From: Eledone cirrhosa
Taxonomy: Eukaryota
DNA: 64,000 nt
Direction of reading: 5' to 3'
NCBI GenBank assembly: GCA_964016885.1
Contig: OZ024741.1
Span: forward strand, 70,246,001-70,310,000
Positions 1 to 13,577 of this stretch are shown here, one piece after another. The translations under genes and the position numbers were made by a program. How positions within the stretch are numbered: position 1 is the stretch's first letter; every line of letters begins with the position of its first letter. The notes beneath the pieces were generated by a model. That model had not been told where the DNA came from and ran no database searches. It saw only the letters and a list, made by a program, of their open reading frames with translations.

Positions 1-95
1 ATTTCATTTTGCATTATATACATGTCTGTGTATATTTTAATTATTTAAAATTTATTTTTAAGTGAACGTGACCCAACGGGTCACGAGTGGTCTAG
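1..95 (+). mobile_element. Helitron 3' terminus (5' part outside window)
   Basis: Hairpin CGTGACCC-AAC-GGGTCACG (67-85), then CTAG (92-95) followed by T, the canonical Helitron 3' end. Confidence 0.6.
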
Positions 96-1010
96 TTGAT
101 AATGAAACACAAATCTTCCAATCACATTATGCCAAACCGTGACCTCCAAGTACCTGAACCACCGAACTCAGCCGTTTCGGATAATATAAAAGTCAACATA
201 CTGATTGCGGACTTAGTAAGAGTGATGGTGAATGCAATCAATCCAAGTACTTCGTTCATTCTATTCTTTATTTTATCGATCTCTATTTGCCGAATTACTA
301 CGTTACGGGACAAAAGCTAGAACACAGACACAAAGACACACGTTCCAACACACGCGCACGCAAGTTTTCCTTGTTTAGAAGTACTTTACCCGATTTTCTC
401 AACTATTATCTATAGGTATCAACTATTATTTAGCTTATCTGTATTTTGGTGACTGTGTTTTCAAATTTCGAATTCTCATTGCTTTGCAAGTCTACCAAAT
501 CTTGCTAACAATTCTCGCTTCATGTTTAAATCTTCTAAAGATACGCCCTGTCAACATAATGGTGAAAGTCCTCACCCGGGAGACGAAATATCCAATGGTT
601 TAAGTTCGTTCTCATAGTGCTGCTTGACATTGTTCTGTTTACTTTGCTTTTTGCTTTGTCTTCTTTAGGACTAACGCTCGAAAATATTCAGATTTTTTCT
701 CTCCAGTTCTTCCTGGCTAAATTGTTGGATTCATTCTGTCTTGTTATCATTACCTTTTGTTGTTAGGTGGAGACGTCATGGTGTTTATTGCATTATTTTC
801 ATATCAACTTAGTCGCAACAACTCAATGCATTGTATTTTACCATGTGTCATATTGTATTGCATTCTGTGGTGTCCTGAGGTGAATGATTCTTTTCATATC
901 ACCGATATCGTAGTGAACTTCAGTGGACAGCCAACAGAGTGATTGGTCAATGTTTTTTCACTGTCTGTCCTTGTCGCGTGTGCTTAGATTTTGAATTCTC
1001 TCTCTCGCTC

Positions 1011-1089
<79 letters not shown>

Positions 1090-1244
1090 GAAAGATATAG
1101 AAAATGAAGTAAATATCTCTCTGAGTACTAAGTACCCATAGAGATATATGATATATAGGGTGTCTATAATATAATTGTGTTCTATGGTAATATATATATA
1201 TATATATCATAGAACAACAATTATATATATATATATATATATAT

Positions 1245-1407
1245 GACAAAGGAATTGTGGTAAGGAACTAGATGGACCATAACGCACCAGAGTACTCAAT
1301 ACTTAGGGTAGTAGAGTGGGAAATAAGAAAAGGTATGACCCCGACGGCAGAGCTCAAGCCGTTTCGACGGCTATTTCTGTTTCGACGGCTATTTCTAGCT
1401 TCGTAAA

Positions 1408-1411
<4 letters not shown>
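1245..1411 (-). mobile_element. PLE-like family A arm between (TA)n tracts, ending in a 16-nt piece of another family's terminus
   Basis: Shares GGACCATAACGCACCAGAGTACTCAATACTTAGGGTAGTAGAGTGGG with six other loci; the minus strand reads GAAAC-GGC..GCC-GTC (HHR 3' half). 1396-1411 is the reverse complement of 2705-2720. Confidence 0.6.
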
Positions 1412-1450
<39 letters not shown>

Positions 1451-1453
<3 letters not shown>

Positions 1454-1581
1454 AACAAGTAAGACGCCGACGGCTGAGCTCAAGCCGTTTCGACAGCTAA
1501 TTCCAGAATTGGCCGTCGAAACGGCTTGAGCTTGGCCGTCGAAACGGCTTGAGTTCAGCCGTCGGGGTCTTACTTGTTCCT
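1451..1581. mobile_element. PLE-like family A fold-back remnant
   Basis: AGGAACAAGTAAGAC...GTCTTACTTGTTCCT inverted arms carrying GTCGAAACGGCTTGAG, flanked by (TA)n. Confidence 0.6.
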
Positions 1582-1617
1582 ATATATATATATATGTATA
1601 TAAAGATTTACATTTAT

Positions 1618-2692
1618 GCTTTGGAAAAATTAACTGTCCAACTGAGTTGTCTCCTGATGAGTCTGTTACTCTAGGTTCATCCTTAACAGAAGGATATCTA
1701 AAAATACGGACGAAACCATGGTAGAGATGTAATTACGGTATGTACACGTTTCTTCTAAGTTTAAATTTACACCTAATTATGTATGGTTGACGGTATATTT
1801 AGTCAGTTTCTACATGCTGTTGAAATGTTGGGTAAATACTCTATTGGGGTCACCGCGAAGAGGCCGCTTTCGGTTATTTATCAAATATTTCTTCATAGGA
1901 GCCTTTATTCTTATAGCCTGGTCTAATTGATTTTTTATATGGTTAATAATGCTAATTGGGAGAGGAAATGGTATATATTTTATCTAATAATTCTAAGGAC
2001 ATGATTTATGATATATTGCTCTGATTATTTAATTTATTAATTCTTCATTGAGCCACAACGTGACCGGTTGCCACATATATATCTGTGACTTTATGTATAT
2101 GTAAATCTTTATATTTAATAATCTCTCGTTGGGTTGAGATGCAATTGGGCGATATTGGGCGATATTGGGCGATATTGAGCTGCGCTTTCTAGCAACCAGC
2201 CTACCGGCCGTAAGCAACTAATGACATTCTTTCTAACTTGACCACTGCCACGTCACGATTCTTAGCCATTTTTTAATCTATTTTTGGCGCGATCGCTTTG
2301 GAAAAATTAACTGTCCAACTGAGTTGTCTCCTGATTAGTCTGTTACTCTAGGTTCATCCTTAACAGAAGGATATCTAAAAATACGGACGAAACCATGGTA
2401 GAGATATAATTACGGTATGTACACGTTTCTTCTAAGTTTAAATTTACACCTAATTGTGTATGGTTGATGGTATATTTAGTCAGTTTCTACATGCTGTTGA
2501 AATGTTGGGTAAATACTCTATTGGGGTCACCGCGAAGAGGCCGCTTTCGGTTATTTATCAAATATTTCTTCATAGGAGCCTTTATTCTTATAGCCTGGTC
2601 TAATTGATTTTTTATATGGTTAATTATGCTAATTGGGAGAGGAAATGGTATATATTTTATCTAATAATTCTAAGGACATGATTTATGATATA
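1618..2692 (+). mobile_element. Hammerhead-bearing element with two ~397-bp direct repeats (pLTR-like or partial retrozyme dimer, period ~677 bp)
   Basis: 1618-2015 and 2295-2692 are near-identical, each carries an HHR motif, and the element is bounded by (TA)n. Confidence 0.75.
1649..1728 (+). ncRNA. Type I hammerhead ribozyme
   Basis: Stem I TCTC/GAGA, CTGATGA (1654-1660), stem II GTCTGT...ACGGAC with long insert, GAAAC-CATG-GTA (palindromic stem III ACCATGGT). The second copy at ~2326-2405 has CTGATTA (G8 lost). Confidence 0.8.
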
Positions 2693-2869
2693 TATATATA
2701 TATATTGGTTTACGAAGCTAGCCGAAATGATTCGGTACACCTTCTGTCGTAACTTACTGAATGATATTAAAAGGTTTGTACATTAGAAGGACGAACCTAT
2801 AACACATCAATCAGTAAGAGGAACGACTACGTGTGGGTAATGATATTTGTAAATCATATAAATCTGGAC

Positions 2870-2990
2870 TGTCGACAGTTTCTGTGCCACAGTCTATCAA
2901 CAATAGTTCCAGCTGCAACCACCATTCACAGTAGTTAGGTAATATCTGTAGACATTACATAACTTGGCCTTGCAGCACCTCATCAGTGGA
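2870..2990 (-). ncRNA. Hammerhead-like motif in a TA-bounded insert (~2705-3200)
   Basis: Minus strand: CTGATGA, stem II GTGCTGCA...TGTGGCAC, GAAAC-T-GTC; stem I is weak. Confidence 0.4.
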
Positions 2991-3204
2991 TAATCGCCTT
3001 GTTTAAACGGCTCATACCAATCTTGTTACAAGTATAACAGTTTCAGAGAAGGTCATTAAAAATCTGATCATTGTTAGGGAACACGTTGTGAGGAAATTGA
3101 AAAACTGAATATAAGCCAAAGCTCCCAAACAAGCTACTTATGTAAAGAACAAAGACACATTTGCAAAAAAAGAAATACAAATTGAACTAGGATACACACG
3201 AAGG

Positions 3205-3269
<65 letters not shown>

Positions 3270-3273
3270 TACA

Positions 3274-3347
<74 letters not shown>

Positions 3348-3358
3348 ATATATATACA

Positions 3359-3393
<35 letters not shown>

Positions 3394-3560
3394 GTAGACA
3401 AGCATAAAGATTTTAGTCCGCTCCCTTCCACCCATTGCCTCTGAAACGTTACCTTTTACTCAGTTTTGCTGTCTGATGAAATCACGATATTGATCGTCAT
3501 CAACATATCTAACAACCGTTCCATTAAAGGACTCTTTAACATCTACAACTTCGCATTTTC

Positions 3561-3636
<76 letters not shown>

Positions 3637-3640
3637 TATA

Positions 3641-3729
<89 letters not shown>

Positions 3730-4120
3730 ATATACTCCATTCTCTACACTCCACTACCATCAACTGAGGTCGTGGCTTGTATTTGAGCTGCCGCACACGT
3801 TGTCGACAGACATATGATCCCGTGTTGTTTAACAACCGGGGTTTTGGAGGAAGTTACACGTTTTCTAAGTACGAGACATGCGATGTGCTGGAGATAAGAG
3901 GGTTGAACGGAATATCAAGGGATTATACGGCAGCCGCTGCCAAAATAGCCAGAGGAAAGCCGAGCAACTGGTCTCTTCGTAAATAAACAAGTGATCTGTT
4001 CTCTCTCTTACACATTATCTTTCTCTTAGAATCTTTCTAATATCCCATAGCTATCTATCTATCCCACTCTCTCCCTCTCTTTCACTTCTCTCTCTCTCTG
4101 TCTTCTCTGCCCGCCCCTCC

Positions 4121-4183
<63 letters not shown>

Positions 4184-4184
<1 letters not shown>

Positions 4185-4323
4185 ACGAAGGAAGTGTGGT
4201 AAAAAACCAGATGGACCATAACGCACCAGAGTACTCAATACTTAGGGTAGTAGAGTGGGTAATAGAAATAGAAATAGCCGTCGAAACGGCTTGATTTCTG
4301 CCGTCGGGGTCAAACGTTTTCCT
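4184..4323. mobile_element. PLE-like family A two-arm remnant
   Basis: Family A tail arm joined to the opposite-orientation GCCGTCGAAACGGC...GCCGTCGGGGTC arm; (TA)n on both sides. Confidence 0.65.
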
Positions 4324-4338
4324 ATATATTATATATAT

Positions 4339-4530
4339 AGTGATAATAATAAATTTGAAGACTAAAATCCAAAGAGGGCTCATCAGATATATAAGAACCG
4401 TAGAGCAAATATTTATTAAAATAACAGATTAAAGTTTAAGCAAAGAATCGCTGCTTTCACCCTTAACGGGATCTTCTGAAAGGGTGAAAGCAGCGATTCT
4501 TTGCTTAAACTTTAATCTGTTATTTTAATA

Positions 4531-4535
<5 letters not shown>
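4339..4535. mobile_element. PLE-like family B fold-back
   Basis: Inverted arms ATATTTATTAAAATAACAGATTAAAGTTTAAGCAAAGAATCGCTGCTTTCACCCTT and its reverse complement; extra ~70-nt tail on the left arm only. Confidence 0.7.
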
Positions 4536-4611
<76 letters not shown>

Positions 4612-4622
4612 CATGTATTTTT

Positions 4623-4778
4623 ATTGGTTTTGCCGAGATTAAGTGACATAGTCATTATTTTTTTTAAAACTCATAGCGAATGGTCTTCAAAATGTTCTTA
4701 ATTAAACATAGAGTATATTGCCAAATATACTATACACACATTCATGTATACATCGGTATTTCAGAGTACCAATACTAA
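4623..4778 (+). mobile_element. Family D (~315-bp HHR repeat) 3' fragment
   Basis: Ends in TTCATGTATACATCGGTATTTCAGAGTACCAATACTAATA, matching the terminus at 59931-59970. Confidence 0.55.
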
Positions 4779-4873
4779 TATATGTATATATATATATTTA
4801 TATATTTATCTTCCTGTATGTTTGTCTGTCTCTCTGTCTATCTATCTATTTAGCTATCCACCAAAACATTACA

Positions 4874-4920
<47 letters not shown>

Positions 4921-4962
4921 AATATATATACATATATATATAAATATATATACATATATATT

Positions 4963-5004
<42 letters not shown>

Positions 5005-5096
5005 ATACTGGTAGTTTAGATCGATGAAAATCACAGAGGATAACTATTCAATTTAGATGGAATAACCAAAGTCTCTACTCAGTTAAAACCACATAT

Positions 5097-5204
5097 TTTT
5101 ACGACGGTTTCGATTTAGAGAGATATAATAACAATCAAATGAATTATTTACTTAGTTAATTAGTTATATGGTATCAACATTTCTCATAATCTCATCAGGT
5201 AAAC
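5097..5204 (-). ncRNA. Type I hammerhead ribozyme
   Basis: Minus strand: stem I TTTAC/GTAAA, CTGATGA, stem II GATT...AATC with long loop, GAAAC-C-GTC. Confidence 0.7.
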
Positions 5205-5224
5205 ATGGATTAATTAAGTGAGTC

Positions 5225-5480
5225 ACTTAGGTAAGCAAGCGTTGATTAGTGGTTGCTAACTAGTGACCGATTATCAGTGATCAGCGATTAGTGGTCGGTG
5301 ATCAATAATGAGTGATTAGTGGTCAGTGATCAGGGATTAGTGGTTAATGATCAGTTATCAGTGATCAGTGATCGGAGATCAGTGATTAATGGTCAGTGAT
5401 CAGTGATTAATGATCATTTATCAGTTATCGATGATCAGTTATCAATGATCAGTGGTTAGTGATTAATATCAGTGATCACC
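5225..5480. repeat. Degenerate 7-bp (ATCAGTG) minisatellite
   Basis: Repeated ATCAGTG/ATTAGTG/GATCAGT units. Confidence 0.7.
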
Positions 5481-5881
5481 TATGGTGTTAAACAGACGAA
5501 TATAAACTGTTTCTCCTGGTCTATGGCTGGTAACATTCTCAGTTGATCTGTTTCCTCTTCAGCAATTAGTTGTTGCAAAGCAATATAAAATAGTGTATTC
5601 TGTTAGAAAATCACTACGGAACAGCTGTTGTGAATCTAAGCTCAAAATCTACGAAAATGCATGATTAGGCCTTACTTACTCTGCAATTAATGCCATACTC
5701 TTGGAAGAACGGACACAGTCAGATCCAGAAGAAATTAAACGCAACCTTGATCTAACAATACACATCACTGAACATTCACTTTACATCTAACGCAAATGTT
5801 ACAGTATATCCGGAATCCCCCAACTTTTTAGACAATCAATTCCCTCATGGAATCATTCATCGACACCAGGCATGTACAATA

Positions 5882-6482
5882 TCTATATATATAAAAGCAA
5901 GTCGGTCTGTGTGTGTGCCTGTCTGTCTGTATGTGTACAAATACTAGGCTCCTTTTAACTTTTGAACTACTAGGCCGATTTCAACCAAATTTGGCACACG
6001 TATTGCTTATATGCCAGAGCAGGTTTTGGACAGATATTGTGGCCGAAAAATCGATTTTGTGTGTGTATCTGTCTGTGTACAAATACTAGGCTCCTTTTAA
6101 CTTTTGAAGTACTAGGCTGATTTGCTTCAAGGAATGATATTTCTATGTCCAGTGGATGGTCAACGTGGTAGTGGCAGCGCCATCTTACGCATAGGGTTTA
6201 GTCTACTGAAGGACATACGGTGCGTCTATTCCATCTTTATCCTGTTACTCATACCTACTCCAGCAAGGCCGGACCTGAAATCATTCACGTCAATTAACTC
6301 AAGCTACCCCATGAATTGTTTTTATGTTGCCGTTTATTTCACTCAATCATGTCACTGTACACCCATTTTGTTAAACTTTTTTTTACAATTACATTTCAAT
6401 TCTTTGCTCAACCTTTGGCTCTCTTTATACGGACAAACAGGTTGTCATTCATTTCCCGAGCAACGCCGGGTACATCTGCTAG
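5882..6482 (+). mobile_element. Non-autonomous Helitron
   Basis: 5' TCTATATATATAAAA after A; 3' hairpin CCCGAGC-AAC-GCCGGG then CTAG before T; internal duplication (~5930-5978 / ~6074-6122); no TSD. Confidence 0.75.
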
Positions 6483-6519
6483 TATATATATATATATATG
6501 ACCCTCCCCAAGTATAACA

Positions 6520-6562
<43 letters not shown>

Positions 6563-7149
6563 GAATGTAAAATATATTGATAAATTATTTTCGTTTAAAA
6601 GAAATAGGATTTCGCTTCAAGTATAGCTTTATACAATTTGTATAAATATTTCGTATCTCCAAAGAAATACGGTTTTAGGACGCCGTAGCTATGCAAACAC
6701 CGGGGGGGGGGGGGGGGGTAAACGCCCTCTGGTGATGTCCAGCAGAATCAAGGGGGACAACCGTCTATGCATTTCAGGCTTAACTGGCCATCGTCAGGAC
6801 GGTCCCTCCCACCGCTTGCGACTGCTGGACTAGAAGACAGGCGAGAATATATAGTTTTCTCGTCTGTGTAAATGAGTTGATTAATCTCATTTGCATATGA
6901 AGTTGCATAAGTTGGCTCAACTTATAATAAAAAAGAAATAGGATTTCGCTTCAAGCATAGCTTTACACAATATGTATAAATATTTCTTCTCGTTGCTTTA
7001 TTGTGTTATAGATTAATATTTAAATCAAGAAGAGAGGAGAGATGGTGCGCAAAGGTAGCGACATAATCTCCGTCTTCGTTGCCTACTTATTCCTGGGAGG
7101 GTCATGGGAGTAGAGTCCTCAAGCAGCCGTTTCAGTGTGTCCTGTCAGA

Positions 7150-7420
7150 AGCAACCGGCTCCAATTGATCCGTCTGGATCCCCAAGCAAGAGCAACCGTG
7201 CTTACGTTATCCATGATACCATTTACCTGCATTAATCGGATCTTTCGGGCAAAACCAGCCGGCAGGAGATCCAGGGGTAGACCCCGAGCAAGGTGGCTGG
7301 ATAACATCCATGAGTTTGGCTGTACATGCTTGGGGATACAGCCGGATCAGTTGGAGAGGGTTGCTTCTGACAGGACCCACTAGAAGGAGTGTTTGAGGAC
7401 TCTGCCTCCCATTACCCTCT
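7150..7420 (+). mobile_element. RTE-like LINE 3' fragment followed by a (GAA)n tail (7421-7534)
   Basis: Translation RIFRAKPAGRRSRGRPRARWLDNI matches the GxRxRGRPxxRWxD motif at the C-terminus of RTE-type ORFs. Confidence 0.6.
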
Positions 7421-7505
7421 CAAGAAGAAGAAGAAGAAGAAGAAGAAGAAGAAGAAGAAGAAGAAGAAGAAGAAGAAGAAGAAGAAGAAGAAGAAGAAGA
7501 AGAAG

Positions 7506-7536
<31 letters not shown>

Positions 7537-8506
7537 TCTATCGAAAGGAAATGATTCAAAATTAATTTTTGCATTACTGAAATCAATTATCGAATAGTGT
7601 CAATGTGGAATCAATCATCTGAAAGGTGTGGCTAAGTATATCGATTATTTTCATGTTGAATCAATAAAGGAATGCTGTTTATTTGAAGCTATGACATATA
7701 GTGTTTGAATATGATACAGAAATAACGAAAACGCAAAAAGAAGAAAATTTGTGCACTCGATGGCAATATTCCTCTAAATTGCTGGTATTTATTTTTACCA
7801 ATATTTCTATAAGCTGAATTCAATGTAGATCTGCACATGCAGTTCATCAAGAAGAAGAAGAAGAAGAAGAAGAAAAAGAAGAAGAAGAAGAAGAAGAAGA
7901 AGAAGAAGAAGAAGAAGAAGAAGAAGAAGAAGAAGAAGAAGAAGAAGAAGAAGAAGAAGAAGAAGAATTATAATATATATATATCAGAAATTTGTAAAAA
8001 CAAGTTGTATTTTATTGTATTGTTTTATGCATTTTTATTTATTTCCTATACAAATGTCAGATTATCGCCCTAAAGTTCAAGTGGCAAGCAACCCTTTGTA
8101 GTCTTCGATATTAATAACTTTAGGGACATCAGCGCTACCCTATTTCTAGTTTGTTGAATTTAATCTGTGCTCCTGTAACCATCTGTTCGCAATCTAGTTT
8201 TAATGCTTAACGTCTCAGTTTCCGAAGTCAATGACACCACTCATACATCGTATGTGCGTCGTGACTAACGACGATTAACCTCACTCAGTATGTTCCTCCA
8301 GCTCTACAGCAAAGATAAAAGTATCAAGATTTATATCAGCAGTATACATCGAGGTTCAGTATCGAATTGAGCAAATGTCTATATTATCAGCGAGATAACA
8401 TTTACTCTGTAATGTCATTATCTAGAATTGAAATAGATCACTACTCATTCCAGTGTGTTATACAGGCGTTCATTGCACAATTATTATTGTTATTATTATT
8501 ATTAGG

Positions 8507-8720
8507 GTGGTGGATTGGCAGTATCAGTAGAGTGTCAGCACCATATTGCGGCATATTGTTATGGCCCTTTACGTTCTCAAATCCCGCCGAGGTTAACTTT
8601 GCCTTTCATCCTTACGGGGTCGATAAAATAAAGTACAAGTCACGCACTGGAGTCGATTTATGCGACTTCCTCCTCCCCCAAATTGCTGGCCTTGTGCCTA
8701 TATAAGAAACCATTATTATT
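8507..8720 (+). mobile_element. tRNA-derived SINE (octopus-type, Meta-like central domain)
   Basis: A-box-like TGGCAGTATCAGTAG, core TTTGCCTTTCATCCTTACGGGGTCGATAAAATAAAGTAC, tail GGCCTTGTGCCTA plus (ATT)n. Confidence 0.8.
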
Positions 8721-8729
8721 ATAAAAGAT

Positions 8730-8920
8730 GGCGGTGGATTGGCAGTATCGGTAGAGGGTCGGACGCCATGCTTTCCAGCATAGTTACGTCCCTTTACGAT
8801 CTGAGTTCAAATCCCGCCGAGGTTGACTTTGCCTTTCATCCTTACGGGGTCGATAAAATAAAGTACCAGTAATGCACTGGGTAATTGCTGGCCTTGTGCC
8901 TAAAGTAGAAACAATTATTA
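8730..8920 (+). mobile_element. tRNA-derived SINE
   Basis: A box TGGCAGTATCGGTAG, B box GAGTTCAAATCC, same core and tail as above. Confidence 0.85.
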
Positions 8921-9100
8921 TAAAAGATACATTATCTTAAGAATGGAATCCACGAAGCTTCCAATACCTAACTCTCTCCTCTCTCTCTTCCCCCCTCTCT
9001 CTCACTCTCTCTCTCTCTCTATATATATATATAGATATATATATATATATTGTATATAAAAGGAGTATATGAAGGTATATACGATATGTTTATGCCTAAT

Positions 9101-9150
<50 letters not shown>

Positions 9151-9616
9151 GTCTCGCTGTGAATGTATTAAACTGTGATAATGTTAGTTTTCTCAGTAGC
9201 CATGTGAGAACTCCAGGCACCAAATTTTCAGGTTGTTTTATCCATCATCAGTGACGCTTACTCGGTACTTAGGCATGACTAAGCTATAACTTATATATAT
9301 TTTTCGAATAAAACATCTGTAGAGACGCTCATTTGTATATAGTTCGAACTTAAAGCAGTCCTTCTGGTCCAGGAGAACTTCCAAATAACGACGATCGAGG
9401 AGTCTTTTAAGGGCAAGCGTCCTTTTCCAAATATCCCCACCTTTCTTTTCAATTAAAGCTTGAAAAAAGTCTATGAGACCTTGACCGAAGATGAAGATGC
9501 CTGACCTAGTCCTCTTAGCCACGGACCTTGAGGTGTGGGTAATTTTTATATTATACTCGTGCTACAATACTCTACATGAGTTCCTCTCAGTTTAAAGTGA
9601 TATGTACTCGCTCTCG

Positions 9617-9866
9617 AATCGTTATTCTCACTTTAAACTGATATATACTCAGAAATCGTTATTCTCAGAAATCGGTATTCCCACTTTGAAATCGTTATTC
9701 TCACTTTCAAATCGTTATTCTCACTTTGAAATCGTAATTCTCACTTCGAAATCGTTGTTCCCACTTTGAAATCGTTGTTCCCACTTTGAAATCGTTATTC
9801 TCATTTCGAAATCTTTATTTTCATTGAAATTCTTATTCTCACTTAGAAACCCTTATTCTCACTTTT
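9617..9866. repeat. 20-bp minisatellite (ATCGTTATTCTCACTTTGAA)
   Basis: About a dozen degenerate copies, period 20. Confidence 0.8.
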
Positions 9867-10034
9867 AACTGACATGGCCTCACAAATACTGTAGTCTCTT
9901 TAACTGTATTAATTGTATTAATTCTACAATGCAATAATTAGTTTGTTGTAGTTGTATCTAAAATGTTCTGCAAGAGAATGGCTTCCACATTATTTTCGTT
10001 ATTGCTTATTGGAAAAGCTCCTTTTGTCTTGTTT

Positions 10035-10073
<39 letters not shown>

Positions 10074-10429
10074 CTTCTTCTTCTTCTTCTTCTTCTTCTT
10101 CTTCTTCTTCTTCTTCTTCTTCTTCCCCCCCCCTCCTATTTCTTGTTTGCTGTTGTTCCTCTTCTTCTTCTCCTTACCCCCCCCCCCTCCCCCTCCCCAC
10201 CTCCTCCTCCTGTATAATTCTCCTTATCATTCCCCACTTCTTCAAGTTGATTTGTTGCTTGTTATTTTTATTTTGTTTCCTTGTTGTTGTTTTATAACAT
10301 CGTCTGTGAGTCAGAGTATTATCTTCTCTGGAAAGCCCCGACTTCTTATAAACTTAGCCAAATATTTCTATCATTGCAGCCCCCATCATTCTACAACCAT
10401 CCTCTCCCCCACCTTCATTCCTCCTCCTC

Positions 10430-10850
10430 TATCTCTTCACCACCACCACCACCACCACTGTATCTAACTGCACCGACACCACCACCACCACCACCGCCAC
10501 TGTATCCAACTGCACCGCCGCCACCTTCCTCCATTGCACCACCGCACCACTAAACCACCGCCAACATCGCCTTCCTCGCCTTCACCGCCTTCACCGCCTT
10601 CACCGCCTTCACCGCCTTCACCGCCATCGCCACCGTCATTGGCGCCGCCACCGACTGAAATGGCCTCACCATCTTCACGGCCACCGCCGCCGCCACGGCC
10701 ACTGCCTCCACCGCCACTGTCTTCGACACCACCATCACCACCGTGATCACCACCGCCATCAGTTCATCCGTACCACAGCCGTCACCATCATCACTGCCCA
10801 CCCCCGTCACCGCTACCGCCGCCCTCCACCAACATGGCCGCCACCATTGC
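10430..10850. repeat. (CCA/CCG)n low-complexity tract
   Basis: Degenerate trinucleotide and CCTTCACCG repeats. Confidence 0.75.
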
Positions 10851-11051
10851 TAGTGATGTTGATAAATCAACAGTCAACAATGAAGTATGTGGGAGAGGAC
10901 CTGGTAGACAATGTCATCCAAATAAAGATACTATAAAGATGAAATACATAAAAGTAAATGAATAAAAAAAGATACCACCTTCCGCACACACATACCCCCC
11001 CCCACGCACATATTTGTATGTATGTGTATCTCTCCCTCTCTCCCCTCTCTT

Positions 11052-11108
<57 letters not shown>

Positions 11109-11222
11109 TTGTATCTGTCTATCTATCTTTCTATCTATCATATATACATAGAAAGATAGATAGACAGATACAAATCTATCTATCTATCATATATACATAT
11201 ATATAAATATATATATGTGTGT

Positions 11223-11254
<32 letters not shown>

Positions 11255-11924
11255 ATTATACTCAAATCATACACACATTTACACATAGACGCAAAAACAT
11301 AGACAAATACAAGCACTCACATACAAACACACACACACACATATATATATATATACATATATAGGCGCACACACATACACGTACACAAATAGGCATAAAT
11401 GCATTTACGCACAGATACTCAAAAAGAGAGACAAACACACACAGAAATAAAAGCACACACATACAAATAAATTCACACCCGCACATTGATAGATACATAT
11501 ACAGACAAATACAAAATAAATGCACACACACACAAACAAATACATACATTGACATACAATTACACAGGCAGACACACACAGATGCTCACATTTAAACAAC
11601 CACACATAAATAGACTCATTCTCTTGAAGCCTGTGAAAATGGACGTTTCTAGAATGCAGAATGAATTATGGGTAAATATATTGTTTAGAAATGTAATGTG
11701 GCCGTGATCAGAGATAAACTGAGATAGGTTGTTGGATAAGAAGTTAAAGATGGACGATTTCTTTGTTAGTTTGTTTGTGTTGGTATTTATAAGATGTAAA
11801 ATACTGAAACATCACTCCCCTTCCCCTTCTCCAATCTCTCTTTCTTTCTCTCCCACCCCACCTTCTCCCCCCTCTCTCTCTCTCACCCCTCTCTCTGTCT
11901 CTCTGTCCCTCTCTCTCTCTCTCG

Positions 11925-12013
<89 letters not shown>

Positions 12014-12165
12014 ATCAAAAGATGGTTAAAGGAGTTCCATGTATTTTATTATGCGCATTTCAAAAACAAACATCATCATGCAATAATATTTGTGTTTTCA
12101 TCAGATAAAACAGGAGAACATGATATGAAGGCTAAAAAACACTTGTGGATAGTGCAGTTTTAAAT

Positions 12166-12265
<100 letters not shown>

Positions 12266-12685
12266 AACCCGTCTGTTGAGAACTCTAATTCGATATGTGA
12301 TATTTTGTATTTTTACAAATATATACACTGCCGAATTCATTCGCCTAATATAGGGGATCCCTCCCTTGCTAAACTCCACGTGGATTTAGTAATGGGTTCT
12401 TCTGTATTTTCGAACCCGCAGAAACCAAAAAGCTGGAATTTACCATCATTCTAGCGGGTCCGGGTAAAGATTTTTCATTCATTTATATTATTATTTGTCT
12501 GACCCGAATTTTCCTGGTCGTTTTTTTCGGCTATGCGAGTGAATTTAAGCATTGTCTCCGTATGTTGGTATTTAAACGATAGTTATAGCTCTGGTTTATT
12601 CAAACTATTGAGCCCTTTGCCACGCATCTCGAAGATTGTGTTTCGTTATTTCGTGGGCCGAAATTCCGATTCTCGATAATTTATT

Positions 12686-12759
<74 letters not shown>

Positions 12760-13077
12760 ATATTTTTCTTGGTACAATACTTGCTAATATATATATATAT
12801 GGAGAAGTTCTATTTAAATTGTTGGGATACAACAAGCAAATATTTTTATAACTGATATAAAGCACTCAACAAATTATTGGAGTAAAAATACGATATATTA
12901 ACCCTTTTAAGGGTATGTCAATATTTATTTATAAAACTGATCTATATTATATTTTATCGGATGAAAGCACACTATAATTTAACTTGGTGTCCTTGAAATA
13001 TGTATAATGAAATAAATATGGTTTTATAAATATAGTTTCCATTTGTTAATATATCGTATATATATATATATATATAT

Positions 13078-13160
13078 TAAAATAACAGATTAAAGTTTAA
13101 GCAAAGAATCGCTGCTTTCACCCTTAACGGGATCTTCTGAAACTAACAAAGTCAATCTGT
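13078..13160 (-). mobile_element. Family B arm with a complete variant hammerhead fold
   Basis: Minus strand: stem I AGTTT/AAACT, core CAGAAGA, T-CCC-GTTAA-GGG-T, GAAA, stem III AGCA...TGCT, site CTT. Confidence 0.55.
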
Positions 13161-13529
13161 AAACGCAGAAGTGAATATTTCAAAAAACGTTGCAACTGGA
13201 GGAAGACAGGAAGACGATACTTTGGTTCGTGGAAACGTTCCCTGGCAAAGAACGGGAAAAAACGAATATAATACGTCATTATTTGGAGCGGTGAAAAACA
13301 ATTACACGCAAAGACAGAACCACGTTTATGGCATAAAAGAAGTCGTAGACTAATGTTCTCTTAGGTGGTTCATAGAGACGTTCTCTGGAAATGAACGGTA
13401 AAAACGAAGATAATACGTCATATGTGGATCGTGGAGAACAATTGCACGCAAAGACAAAACCACGTAAATGGTATATATATATATATATTTGTTCGTACTG
13501 CCTCTCTGTTTTGTTCCCGTTCCATTTTT

Positions 13530-13577
<48 letters not shown>

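Noticed and set aside
3474-3500. CTGATGA followed by a short stem
   Set aside because: No downstream GAAA-stem III-NUH in register.
8730-8820. tRNA gene candidate (A and B boxes)
   Set aside because: It is the head of a multi-copy SINE and does not form a cloverleaf.
9215-9530. 94-aa ORF and CTGATGA on the minus strand
   Set aside because: No recognisable protein motif and the HHR stems are not convincing; possibly a decayed PLE remnant.
9952-10810. Proline-rich and poly-Leu/Phe ORFs
   Set aside because: Trinucleotide low-complexity sequence with no splice or domain evidence.
13220-13470. ~130-bp imperfect direct repeat (similar case at 62870-63055)
   Set aside because: Local duplications with no identifiable motif; too little evidence for a call.
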